Source: an uncultured delta proteobacterium (GTDB taxonomy: Bacteria; Desulfobacterota; Binatia; UBA9968). Taken from it: a DNA stretch of 64,000 nt. The notes under the pieces were generated by a model. It saw nothing but the letters and a program-made list of their open reading frames with translations. It ran no database searches and had not been told where the DNA came from. The translations under genes were made by a program, and so were the position numbers. The stretch covers positions 32,001-96,000 of the forward strand of contig CAVYTU010000014.1 of the NCBI GenBank assembly GCA_963771465.1. Direction: 5' to 3'. Shown one piece after another: positions 40,297 through 50,800 of this stretch; position 1 is the first letter of the stretch; every line of letters begins with the position of its first letter.

Positions 40297-41076
40297 TTAG
40301 GCCGTCCCCCGCGCCATCATGCCGTGACGCCAGTACATGGCTTTGGCTTCCAGCATCAAGAAAAGCCGGTTGAGCAGATATCCCAGCAGCGCGACTACCA
40401 CAATACCGGCATACATATTGGCGCTGTTCATGCCGCGTTCCTCGTCGAGAATATAAAAACCGAGCCCCTTGCTGCCGGCAATCATCTCGGCAGTGGTCAC
40501 TAAGATCAGCGCGATCGATAGACCGATACGTAAGCCGGTCACGATGTAAGGCGACGCCCCGGGCAGAATGATCTGCCAAAGAATCCGCCCTCTGCCGAGA
40601 CCGAATGTCCGCCCGGTATCGATCAGTGTACCGTCGATATGGCGCACGCCGTCGATGGTATTGATCAGCACCGGCCACAGACTGGCGTAAACCGTTACCG
40701 CCACGATCATGGCATCGCCGATGCCAAGCAGCAAAATCGCCACCGGAATGATCGCCACCGACGGCATCGGCCTGAGCAACTCAATCACCGTCGCCAACAA
40801 GCCATGCAAAAAGCGAAAATAGCCGAGCACCACGCCGAGCGTCACCGCCAGCGCCGCGGCGAGCAAATAGCCTTGCAGGAATCGTCCTACTGTGACGGCG
40901 CAATGTTGGGCCATCGAACCGGACGAGATCGCCTGCGCCAGCGCGGCGAGAATCTGACTGATCGGCGGAAAATAAAGTTGCAACTGCGGCGTCCCACGGG
41001 CGCCAAGCTCCCAAACCAGCAGCGCCGTGCCGAAGACGAGCCAGCCCGGCCAGTTGAATTTCTTGCGCTCGTTCAC
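40297..41076 (-). CDS. ABC permease, SsuC/TauC/NitT family
   Basis: LRPMPSVAIIP, INTIDGVR, AEMIAGSKGLG. Confidence 0.9.
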   Translation of the reverse strand: MNERKKFNWPGWLVFGTALLVWELGARGTPQLQLYFPPISQILAALAQAISSGSMAQHCAVTVGRFLQGYLLAAALAVTLGVVLGYFRFLHGLLATVIELLRPMPSVAIIPVAILLLGIGDAMIVAVTVYASLWPVLINTIDGVRHIDGTLIDTGRTFGLGRGRILWQIILPGASPYIVTGLRIGLSIALILVTTAEMIAGSKGLGFYILDEERGMNSANMYAGIVVVALLGYLLNRLFLMLEAKAMYWRHGMMARGTA

Positions 41077-41849
41077 GGCGCGCTCTGATTGCCGATCTGG
41101 CGATAGATTTCGTTGCGCAGCTCCATGAAGCGCGCTGCGGCGCGCGTCGTCACTTGATGGCGCGGGCGAGAAAAGTCAATTTTTACTTCCTGGATGATTC
41201 GCGACGGCCGCCGGCCGAGCACCCAAATGCGGTCCGAGAGATAAATCGCTTCTTCGATATCGTGCGTGATAAAAAGAATCGTGGTCTTAAGCTCCGCCCA
41301 GAGTCGGAGCAGCGTGTCTTCCAGCTCAAGCCGCGTCAGGGCGTCGAGCGAGCCGAACGGTTCGTCCATCAACAACACTTCCGGTTCGTAGGCGAGCGCG
41401 CGGGCGATAGCAACGCGCTGCTGCATGCCGCCGGACAGCTCCCAGGGATAATACTTTTCAAATCCCTTGAGACCGACGAGCTCGACTAGCGCGCGCGCCT
41501 TCGTGTCAGCATCGCGGGATGGATGGCCACGCGCATCGAGACCGAAACGGACGTTGCCTAGCACGGAACGCCACGCGAAGAGCGACTTGTTGTACTCCTG
41601 AAACAGCAACACCAAACCGGGCGGCGGCCCGGTGACGGTTTGGCCGTTAACGATCACGCGGCCGGCGCTCGGCGCCAGCAAGCCAGCGATCGCCATGAGC
41701 AATGTCGTCTTGCCGCACCCCGACGGACCGACAAAAGAAACGAACTCACCCGCTTCGACCTGGCAAGTGATGTCGCCGATCGCAACGGTCGTCTCGCCGC
41801 CGGCTTGCCGGTAGCTTTTCGAGAGATTCTGGATTTCGAGAATCGGCAC
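41073..41849 (-). CDS. ABC ATP-binding protein, SsuB/TauB family (start uncertain)
   Basis: GPSGCGKTT, LSGGMQQR, MDEPFGSLD. Confidence 0.9.
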   Translation of the reverse strand: MPILEIQNLSKSYRQAGGETTVAIGDITCQVEAGEFVSFVGPSGCGKTTLLMAIAGLLAPSAGRVIVNGQTVTGPPPGLVLLFQEYNKSLFAWRSVLGNVRFGLDARGHPSRDADTKARALVELVGLKGFEKYYPWELSGGMQQRVAIARALAYEPEVLLMDEPFGSLDALTRLELEDTLLRLWAELKTTILFITHDIEEAIYLSDRIWVLGRRPSRIIQEVKIDFSRPRHQVTTRAAARFMELRNEIYRQIGNQSAP

Positions 41850-41862
41850 GGGCGGGGGGAAG

Positions 41863-41947
41863 ACTGGAGTGTTGGAATGATGGAATACTGGAGTATTGGG
41901 TTTTTCCGAACCCATTACTCCAACATTCCAATACTCCATCACTCCAA
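41863..41947. repeat. Octamer-based palindromic repeat, copy 3
   Basis: tggagtgttggaatgatggaatactggagtattggg-tttttccgaa-cccattactccaacattccaatactccatcactcca. Confidence 0.75.
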
Positions 41948-41955
41948 TCTAATGA

Positions 41956-42918
41956 TTACGCTTTCCTCGCCAAATCGCTCAATACATCTTTCGCCTTGAG
42001 CGCGCGGGAAATCATTTTGTACTTGTAGGTCAAATCCATCGTCACTTGGACATCTTTCTCGTTGACCGCTTTTTCAAATAGCGGCAAGCCGATCCTACCA
42101 GCGAAATCCGGGTTGAGCCCGGCCCACTTGATCATCGCCGCGCGCGCGCCGTCCTTGTCCGCGCGGATCGCATCGACACCCTTGTTGATCGCGCGCACGA
42201 ACGCTTGACTGGTCTCTTTGTTCTTTTGCAGCCATTTCTCCGACGCAAACCAACTTGCGATTAGGAATCTTGGTAACACGTCGCCCCACGGATTGGACAA
42301 TACCCGCGTCTCCGGCCGGCGCGCCGCCACCGCGGCAAAAGGTTCCTGCACGCTGATGGCGTCGACTTTGCCGGCCACCAACGCGGGCTCCATTTGCGGG
42401 AATGGAATTTCAACGAATTTGATCTTGCTCGCATTACCACCGTTCTTGTCGACCCAGGCCAGCGCCATCAGATGGACGATGTTATTAAGCGTGTTGACCG
42501 CGACGGTCTTGCCTTCGAGATCCTTGGCGCTTTTTATGGGAGCATCTTTGCCGACCACGATCGCGTGGGTCTCGTTGCTGCCGCGCACGTTGGTTGCGCC
42601 GCCGGCGATGAGCTTAAAATCGAAACCTTCGGCATGCGCCTGATAAAGCGAAATCACATTCGTCCAGCCAAATTGTAAATCGCCGGAGGTCACGCCTTGC
42701 ACGATCACCGCGCCGCCCGCCATCGGCACGGTTTCCAACTCGATGCCTTCAGCTTTGAAAAACCCCTTTTCCATCGCCATGAACATCGGGGAGCAATCGA
42801 CGATCCTCATGTAGCCCAACTTGCCCTTGGTCTGTGCCCAACTGAGATCGCGTGCGAGGGTCAACCCGGCGACGCCGACAGTGACTTTGATGAGAAAATG
42901 CCGACGGGAGATTGTCAT
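41956..42918 (-). CDS. Tat-exported ABC substrate-binding protein, SsuA/NMT1-like
   Basis: SRRHFL twin-arginine signal; GFFKAEGIE, DLEGKTVAVN. Confidence 0.9.
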   Translation of the reverse strand: MTISRRHFLIKVTVGVAGLTLARDLSWAQTKGKLGYMRIVDCSPMFMAMEKGFFKAEGIELETVPMAGGAVIVQGVTSGDLQFGWTNVISLYQAHAEGFDFKLIAGGATNVRGSNETHAIVVGKDAPIKSAKDLEGKTVAVNTLNNIVHLMALAWVDKNGGNASKIKFVEIPFPQMEPALVAGKVDAISVQEPFAAVAARRPETRVLSNPWGDVLPRFLIASWFASEKWLQKNKETSQAFVRAINKGVDAIRADKDGARAAMIKWAGLNPDFAGRIGLPLFEKAVNEKDVQVTMDLTYKYKMISRALKAKDVLSDLARKA

Positions 42919-43038
42919 AGCGCTGGCTCCTAAGCTAGTTTGCTGATGAACTGAATTCCGCAAACGCCTATTCCTTAGTACAAGCGCTGAAATAAAGAAA
43001 GCAACGCCGCCCGAACGCCGATTGCTGGGCCAGCGCCG

Positions 43039-44958
43039 TCAGAGATTAGCACAAGACAACTTTATCGGACCCGGTTGCTTGGCCAGCTGTTGAATAAGCA
43101 TGGTTTGCAAGTCCTTTACCGTCTCGCGTTCCCGCTCCGCCAAATTGACCCGCTCATCGGGATCGTTGGCCAGATCGTAGAGTTCGAGCCACCCGTCATT
43201 GCAGGCGGCTATCAGTTTGAACCGGTGCCACCAAATTGCCAATTTGGTAGGTAAGACATAGTTGACCTTACTGTCAGGATGCTTGTAATTGAGTGCAATC
43301 GTGGCAACTTCAGCCGGGGACGATTCACGATCGAGCGCCTGCCCATCCATCCAATCTGGAATTGTTACGCCCAAGGTCTTAAGAATCGTAGGGGCGATAT
43401 CAATGGTTTGAGTCAGCCCCGACACTCGGGCGCCGCTCTTTTGCCCAGGAAAGCGAATCACCAGTGGCACCCAAGTTGAGTTTTCGTACAGTTCTTCGCC
43501 GTGGTAGAGGTAACCGCGTTCGAAGGAGTCGCCGTGATCCCCTGTGATAATTATTAGCGCCTCGTCGAACCAGGGTTGCCGGCGAAGAAAACCGAAGAAG
43601 TCGCCCAGCGCCGCGTCGACGGTGCGCACCGACGCCTCATATTCCGCCTTGTACGAATCCACCTCCGGCTGTAGCGCACTGTCATAGTGTTTATAGATTT
43701 CTAGTTCGGTATTTCTCTTATCGACGAATTGGCTCCTCAGCTTCCGAGCCAACATGGACAATGACGGCATGACCTTCGATTCATGAGGTTCGTGGATATG
43801 GATGAACAGAAAAAACGGCCGCCGCGCGCCGGTAATCATCGTCGTCGTCTGCTCTAAGGTATCGTTCAAGTGTCCATAGGTAGACGTTCGTTTGGGAAAA
43901 CCGAGCCAGGGAAACAACAAACGCAAATCCTGATACATCCGGCCGCCAAGAAAAGTTGGGTAGATGCCCAAATCGCGTAGCCAGCTCAGCGTGAGAAATC
44001 TAAACGCGAAGCTTTCCGGTTGACTGAGCGCGGCGGAAAAGCCCAAAGAGTGCAAAGTCGCTTCAAGACTGCTCGTCACCGCCGCCGTGGTATAGCCGTG
44101 ACTGCGAAGGATTTGCAGTAAATTTTGATCGCTCGGATACGCCGGTAATTCGCGGCTGAGCCGGGCTTGATGGAGCGAATGTTTTCCTGTGAGCAACGCC
44201 GTCAGAGAGGGAATCGTCATCGTCGCGTTCGCATGCGTGTCGAGATAGACGCTGCTGACTTTACCGAATTGCTCGATCATCGGCGTGACGACACCCTTAG
44301 GGCTATATAAAGATAAGCTTTGCGCTCGCAACGAATCAGCGACGATCACGATTACGTTTGGAGCGTGTTGGTTCGGCTTAGCTGACTCTGATGGCGCTGC
44401 TGCTACTTCCTGTCGCGCGGAAAAAGTATCAGCAATTTTAATCCCGAGAACCGCCACCGACGCGATAAAAATCGGCAGCACGGCGTACCAAAAACAGTCA
44501 CTCCAGGACGGCAAATCATCGGCTGCCGCACGAGCTGACCGGGATCTTTGGCGTCTGGCCAGGATGTACGCGCCAGCGATTAACAAAATTATGCCGCAAT
44601 GAACCACGTAACCGTCGCCGACCAACCATGGCCAGCTGGCGAGCCAACGCATTAGATAGAACGCGCTCACGAGAACACAGCCTACGCGACAAACGAATTC
44701 GTTACTCTGGAACACGGATAATGGCGGCAAGAACAGGGCGATTAGCGAAACGAACGCCGCAAGCACGACGACCCAGAAAATCAACGTCCAGAGAATCGAC
44801 GCAGCATCAGCCAGGCTGTCCATGACTGGCTCGAAATCCGTGCCGTAGACCGATTGGAGCGCCAGAATCCAGAGATACGCCACGACGCAAAGCCAAGGCC
44901 TGACAATCACGCCGTAGGCGCAAAGAACGGTTTTGATTCGCTGCTTCACCGGGCCCAT
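43039..44958 (-). CDS. Membrane-anchored alkaline-phosphatase/sulfatase-superfamily protein with Thr nucleophile (NoeB/LtaS-like architecture)
   Basis: About 5 N-terminal TMs; NVIVIVADSLR, TMTIPSLTALLTG, HEPH, TGDHGD, HGE, ELYDLANDPDE. Confidence 0.8.
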   Translation of the reverse strand: MGPVKQRIKTVLCAYGVIVRPWLCVVAYLWILALQSVYGTDFEPVMDSLADAASILWTLIFWVVVLAAFVSLIALFLPPLSVFQSNEFVCRVGCVLVSAFYLMRWLASWPWLVGDGYVVHCGIILLIAGAYILARRQRSRSARAAADDLPSWSDCFWYAVLPIFIASVAVLGIKIADTFSARQEVAAAPSESAKPNQHAPNVIVIVADSLRAQSLSLYSPKGVVTPMIEQFGKVSSVYLDTHANATMTIPSLTALLTGKHSLHQARLSRELPAYPSDQNLLQILRSHGYTTAAVTSSLEATLHSLGFSAALSQPESFAFRFLTLSWLRDLGIYPTFLGGRMYQDLRLLFPWLGFPKRTSTYGHLNDTLEQTTTMITGARRPFFLFIHIHEPHESKVMPSLSMLARKLRSQFVDKRNTELEIYKHYDSALQPEVDSYKAEYEASVRTVDAALGDFFGFLRRQPWFDEALIIITGDHGDSFERGYLYHGEELYENSTWVPLVIRFPGQKSGARVSGLTQTIDIAPTILKTLGVTIPDWMDGQALDRESSPAEVATIALNYKHPDSKVNYVLPTKLAIWWHRFKLIAACNDGWLELYDLANDPDERVNLAERERETVKDLQTMLIQQLAKQPGPIKLSCANL

Positions 44959-45055
44959 TCAACGGTTATCAAACCAGTTGTTTTAAGTCCCGTCGAGAAT
45001 TGTTGGAGAGATGACAGCGTCACTTCGCGAAATTGTCGACGCCCCATGAAAGAGA

Positions 45056-45295
45056 CTATAAGTGGACAAATTGTTTAGCCAGAAATTCTTTAACCTGGGC
45101 AATGTACTGCTTGATGTATCTGAGCATATAGAAGAACAAACCTAACGCGCCATAAAACATGACGTAGAGAACCTGGGAGAGCATGCCGCTGGTTCCTGGA
45201 TCGATGTAGGCCAGCACATCGCAGGGCAGGATCAATCCCCAGGCCATTATCCAAAAGGCGCGGTGAGATCCGCTCCATGGTCTATCACTGCGCAT
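45056..45295 (-). CDS. 79-aa membrane peptide with AYIDPGT motif
   Basis: GGAAGGAG RBS; signal-like segment, then VLA-YIDPGTSG, one TM helix and an amphipathic tail. Confidence 0.75.
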   Translation of the reverse strand: MRSDRPWSGSHRAFWIMAWGLILPCDVLAYIDPGTSGMLSQVLYVMFYGALGLFFYMLRYIKQYIAQVKEFLAKQFVHL

Positions 45296-45426
45296 ACGCG
45301 TATCTCCTTCCGTGCTCACGGGCCACTTCCATATCAAAAATAACTTGTTTGTCAAAACGCCGATCCAACCGCCAATATCGATTGGCCGTCGCACCACCGA
45401 ATCTCCCTAATTGACAATGCCGCTGG

Positions 45427-46872
45427 TCATTTTTCGCAAAGAAAAAACTTCCTCCCAGCGGGAAACGATGGCGTGACCGTGACCAACCTAAAGTGCTGTT
45501 TCAGGCAACTTTCGACATCATCGGCGGTGTAATCATCAAGGTGAGGCACGACGCTGGCACCCATCTTTGGCTTAAGAGCGGTCACAAATTCCAACAATAG
45601 CCAGCGCTCGCCCAGCGCCGCAAAGTTCTCGCAGATACGCGCTATCGGCAGGCGCTGCGATGCCACCACATGGTGCACCACCGCTAGGCCCATGACCAGT
45701 TCACTCTTGAACCGTTCGATCGGTCCTGGGCAAGCAACCCCACCGCGGCCAGCTGTTGGTGCCGAGCTAAAGACATTGACCACGAGTGGCAAGATATTGA
45801 GCCCATCTGCGCACGCCGTCTCATAACAGAACGACAACGCCGCCGGATCCGCTTCGCATGCAGTCACGCGCGCTCCGCTTTTGGCGGCAACTGCAGAATA
45901 ATCGCCCGGTGTTGGCCCCTACGTCGAGCACACTGTTAGGGCTTCAGGTCGCTGAGTATTTTGCCGACCGCCTGGTGCTTCGAGTGCCAGTCGCCGGGCG
46001 ACAAATCGGTTTGGAAGTATTTCTGGTCGTGGCTTTCGTAGTAGCGCGCCCAATGACTAGTCCGATGGTTCAGCTTGAGGCTCTCGATATTTTTGCGTAG
46101 TGAAGCAAAAAACTTGAGCTTGAGTCTTCCTTGTCCTGGTCCGCTGTTGGCAGATTTGGAGATCGAGAGAAAACGTTGTTGCATGTCATCCGGCAAATGC
46201 TCAAAGAGTTTGCCCGCGACCTTTGGAATCGCCACACCGAGAGTGCGTCGCGGATGGCGCAGTTTGAAAGATGCCGGCAACGCGGCGAGCAAATCGCCAT
46301 CGCTGACACCGCCGAGATAATCGCGCATGAGCCAACGCGCGATGTGATCCGGCCCGCCGCATACAAGTACAAAGGAAAGAGAAAAAAATTGCAGAACTGC
46401 TGATACGGCGCCCACAAAATATCGTCCCGCGCCGGGACAATTGAGCCGGCATCAATATAGACCGGCTTTGTGCCGTCGAAAAGAACGTTCCACGGATGGC
46501 CGTCCTGAAGCGTCAGTCCGTGCTCGGCTAAGCGAATACAAAGATCGAGAGTCGCAGCGCTGCGTCTCTGCAGCATCGCCGGCGGCCATTCATAGCAGTA
46601 GGATTGCACCGCCACGCGGCGATGATGCAGCACGGCGTTACCTGCCTCAGTGGTAAAGCGGGTCAATTCGCTTTCGACCAACAGCCCATCGCGCACCAGG
46701 TCAGCGATCACGCCGAGCTCAGACCAATGTTTCCAGCGCGCCGCATATTCCGGCTCTAGCGCGCGATAAAGCTCACCGCGCCATTCAAACACCCGTCCAT
46801 TGGGATCGACGAAGGATTCGCTCAGCCAGCGCTGTTCTCTGCCGCAGGAATCGTCTCGTTGGAGTTCGCCAT
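45427..46872 (-). pseudogene. NoeA-like protein (kinase-like N-domain + class I SAM methyltransferase), broken by several 1-bp indels
   Basis: Reconstructed across frames: SFVDPNGRVF, SYCYEW, LQDGHPWNVLF, IDAGS, YQQFCNFFLFPL, WARYY, VLDVGANTG, LAVVHH, LLLEFV. Confidence 0.75.
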
Positions 46873-46963
46873 GGAGTCAGTATAAATGTTGTGACAAGTT
46901 GACTGAGTGCGCTATCTTTATTGATTCGATTGAGGTCTAAGAGCTTTGCGGCGTTGGGTAGGC

Positions 46964-47740
46964 TTACGCCGACGGCAGCCAACCGACTATACTGATTTGC
47001 CGCCCGGTTTCGCCACCCTGGCGCCGGTACGAGTAGAAATCTTTCGGCGCGCAGCTCGTGCATGGGCCGATCTCGTGGAGCTGTTTGCCTGGCACACCGG
47101 CGGCGCGGAGAATATCGCGATTGAGCCGGCGCAGATTGACGAATGACTTGCCATCTTTGACGGCAATGCTGGGAGTCGTCAGCTTGCCCCACTTTTTCAT
47201 CAGCGGTGCGGCAACATCGTCTTTGACTTCATAGCAGCACGCGCCGATCGACGGCCCGAGCGCCACTTCCAAATCCGCGGCTTCAATATTGTTTTGATCT
47301 TTGAATAGCCGCACGGTTTTCTCCGCAATCCCCGCCAACGTGCCGCGCCAACCGGCGTGCACCGCAGCCGCCAATCTTTGCTTCGGCGCAATGATTAACA
47401 GCGGCACACAGTCGGCCGTGAGAACTCCCAGGTAGACATCGTTCTCGCCGGTGATCATGCCGTCGGCCTCGCCCGCTTCTTTTAGCTGTTTGTCTTTGAT
47501 CTCAATAATATTATCGCCATGCACCTGGCGCATGGTGACAACCTTGCCGTCGTGTATGCCCACCGCCTGCTTCATGTCGCAAACGTTTTGGCTGACGATC
47601 TTCGGGTCGTCGCCGACCCGATAGGAGACATTGAGTCCGGAGTAAACGCCGACACTCTTGCCGCCGCGCCGGCCCATGAAGCCGTGCAGCAAACCCAAAT
47701 GCGTTTGCCACTGCGGAACCGTCAGGTGCGTGATTTCCAT
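46964..47740 (-). CDS. pgeF: Peptidoglycan editing factor PgeF/YfiH (laccase-domain) protein
   Basis: QVHGD, TADCVP, HAGWRG, GPSIGACCYEV, FYSYRR. Confidence 0.9.
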   Translation of the reverse strand: MEITHLTVPQWQTHLGLLHGFMGRRGGKSVGVYSGLNVSYRVGDDPKIVSQNVCDMKQAVGIHDGKVVTMRQVHGDNIIEIKDKQLKEAGEADGMITGENDVYLGVLTADCVPLLIIAPKQRLAAAVHAGWRGTLAGIAEKTVRLFKDQNNIEAADLEVALGPSIGACCYEVKDDVAAPLMKKWGKLTTPSIAVKDGKSFVNLRRLNRDILRAAGVPGKQLHEIGPCTSCAPKDFYSYRRQGGETGRQISIVGWLPSA

Positions 47741-47895
47741 TAGGCGGTATTATGTGGACTCCATCCGAGAGTTGCAAGGCGCAAACGCGCCCGGTCATCT
47801 CACGCTGACCATAGAAAACCGCAGAAACAATCAAGCAGATAGGCGTTCTTCGATCTTGCCGAAGCCCACCGAGGCGAGTAAATTGGCAACTAACA

Positions 47896-50800
47896 ATGGC
47901 CAACGGCAACTACACTGAGACGCTCCGACAGCCTGGCTTTCTCGCCTTTTTCTGGACCCAGTTCTTGGGTGCGTTCAACGATAATTTTTTGAAGATCGTC
48001 GTCTCGTTCGTCGCCTTGAATCTGGCCACCAGCGCGAGCGCGAACTACGTCGAGCTGATCGCGTTTCTGTTCATTCTTCCGTCGGCGCTATTTTCCGGTT
48101 ACGCCGGCCATCTCGCCGACGTCTACAGCAAGCGGACTATTTTAGTCACGGTGAAGCTGTGGGAAATCGCCATCATGGTTTTTGCGCTCACGGCGTTTTT
48201 CTTTGGTCAGATTCAACTCATGTTGGGTGCAGTGTTCTTGATGGGGCTGCACGCCGCATTCTTCAGTCCGGCCAAGTACGGCATCCTGCCGGAGATGCTG
48301 CCGGAAAAAGATTTGTCGCGCGGTAATGGACTTCTGGAAATGAGCACCTTCATGGCGATCATTTTGGGCACGTCGCTCGGCAGCGCGATTTTTTCCGTCT
48401 GGAAATATAACTTGCCGCTGATCGGCCTGGTGATGATCGCCATCGCGGTCTTGGGCTATTGGACCAGCTTGGGAATCTCCCATGTTCCACCATCAGGCGC
48501 GGCGAAACTATTGCGGCTCAATCCGTTCAGCGAGATCGCCGACGGTCTGCGCCGTTTGCGTTCCGAGCGTCCGCTTTGGCTCACCGTGATCGGCATCTCT
48601 TATTTTTGGTTTCTCGGCGCGCTGGTCCAAATCAACATACTTTTCTTCGGCAAAGAACTGCTCCACCTGGACGAGTTTCACATCGGCCTGCTCGGCACCT
48701 TCCTCGCCATCGGCATCGGCATCGGCAGTCTCGCCGCCGGCCGGCTGTCGGGCGATCATATCGAATTGGGCCTGGTGCCGCTCGGATCAGTTGCCATGGG
48801 TCTCTGTCTAGCCTTGGTCGCATGGTCGGCACCGTCTTATCCGGCCACGGCACTCGCGCTCGTGCTTCTTGGTTTTTCCGCTGGACTCTTCGCTGTGCCC
48901 TTGAATGCGTTGTTGCAGCAGCGCAGCGGCAAGGAAGAAAAAGGCCAGCTGATCGCGACCAATAATTTCATGAACACCATCGGCATCGCACTCGCAGCGG
49001 CAACCCACTGGCTGCTTAAATCGCCGTTACAATTGTCGCCGGATACGATCATTTTGCTGATTGGCTTAATCACCCTCGGCGGCACTGTGATCATTCTCTA
49101 TCTGCTACCCGACTATTTCGTGCGCTTTGTCCTCTGGCTTATTACCCACACCGTCTATCGCATTCGAGTGGTCGGCGACGACAAGATCCCGCTTCACGGC
49201 CCCGCGCTTTTGATATCGAATCACGTCTCCTTCGTCGACGCGATCTTGATCGGCGCCTCGCTACCGCGCTTCGTCCGTTTCATGCTGCACCGGGAGTACT
49301 ATGATCGCAAATCGCTCAATTGGTTTTTCCGCCTGATGCGCTCGATCCCGGTTTCGGCCACCAATCGGCGCGATATCATCGAGTCGATCAAGCGCGCGCG
49401 CAACGAATTGGAAAAAGGCCACGCCGTTTGCATCTTCGCCGAGGGCGCGATCAGCCGCACCGGTCGCTTGCTGCCACTCAAACGGGGCTTTGAAAGGATC
49501 GTCGATGGCACCAACGTGCCGATCGTGCCGGTGCACTTGGACCAGCTATGGGGCAGCATATTTAGTTTCAAGAACGGCCGCTTCTTTTGGAAATGGCCGG
49601 GCAAGGCGCCCTATCCCGTGACGGTTTCATTTGGCGCGGCCTTGCCGCCGACCGCCACCGTGAATCAAGTGCGCAACGCAATTTTAGAATTGGAAAGCGA
49701 AGCGGTGGAATACCGGCGCAGCGCCAGCGATCTGTTGCACACCAAATTCGTCGCAATGGCCAAGCGCCGTTGGCGCTCGTTCTGCATGGCCGATACCACG
49801 GGCACGGAACTGACCTATGGAAAAACTCTCATCGCCAGCCTCTTGTTCGCGCGCTGGGTGCGGACCCATTGCCCCAATCAGGCCATGGTCGGCGTGATGC
49901 TTCCGGCCACGGTCGGCGGCTCGCTGGTCAATATCGCAATCTTGTTCGCCGGCAAAGTGCCGGTCAATTTGAATTTCACTTCCGGCGCCGAGGCGATGAC
50001 CGCGGCCATCGCCCAATGCAAGATCAAGACGATCATCACTTCCGAGGCTTTCTTAAGTAAAGCCAATCTCGAAACCATGGAAGGCATGGTTTTCGTCGAA
50101 CAGATTCGCAGCTCGTTTACCGAAGCTCAGAAATTGACGACCGCCGCGAAAGCCTTTCTGATGCCGGCGCTCTGGTTGAACCGCCGCGCCGTCAAACAGC
50201 AACGTCCCCACGATCTGGCGACGATCATTTTTTCCAGCGGCAGCACGGGAACGCCTAAAGGCGTCATGCTGTCACACCACAACATTATTTCGAACATTGA
50301 AGGGATACGCCAGGTGATCCACTTCACGCCGAGCGATCGGATCATGGGCGTATTGCCGCTGTTTCATTCCTTTGGCTTTACCGCCACGCTCTGGTTGCCG
50401 CTGCTCGCCGGCTTTGGCGCCGTTTATCATCCCAATCCGACGGACGCCAAGACCATCGGCGAGACCGTGCAGAAATATCGAGCGACTTTGCTGATCAGCA
50501 CGCCGACTTTTTTTGTCAGCTATTGGCGCCGCTGCAGCAAGGAAGAATTTGCCAGCTTGCGCTATGTCATCGCCGGCGCGGAAAAACTGCGCGAGCAAAT
50601 CGCCAAAGGCTTTCAAGAAAAATTTGGCCTGACCATTCTCGAAGGCTACGGCTGTACCGAACTGGCGCCGGTGGTCGCGGTCAACACGCCCGATGTTACC
50701 GACGGCAAGGAAAAACAGGTCGGCCACAAGCCCGGCACCGTCGGCCACCCGATTCCCGGGGTCGCCGCCAAAGTCATCGATCCCGACACCGGACAGCCGC

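Noticed and set aside
41850-41942. N-terminal extensions MMEYW... on the ABC ATPase (and on the MFS at 29929)
   Set aside because: They are translations of the octamer palindromic repeat
14712-44958. FGE-like protein as maturase for the sulfatase-fold gene
   Set aside because: The genes are about 28 kb apart and the sulfatase-fold protein lacks the C/S-x-P-x-R target motif
46822-46830. In-frame TGA near the NoeA-like start as selenocysteine
   Set aside because: The conserved downstream sequence is in a different frame, so an indel explains it; no Cys-equivalent context
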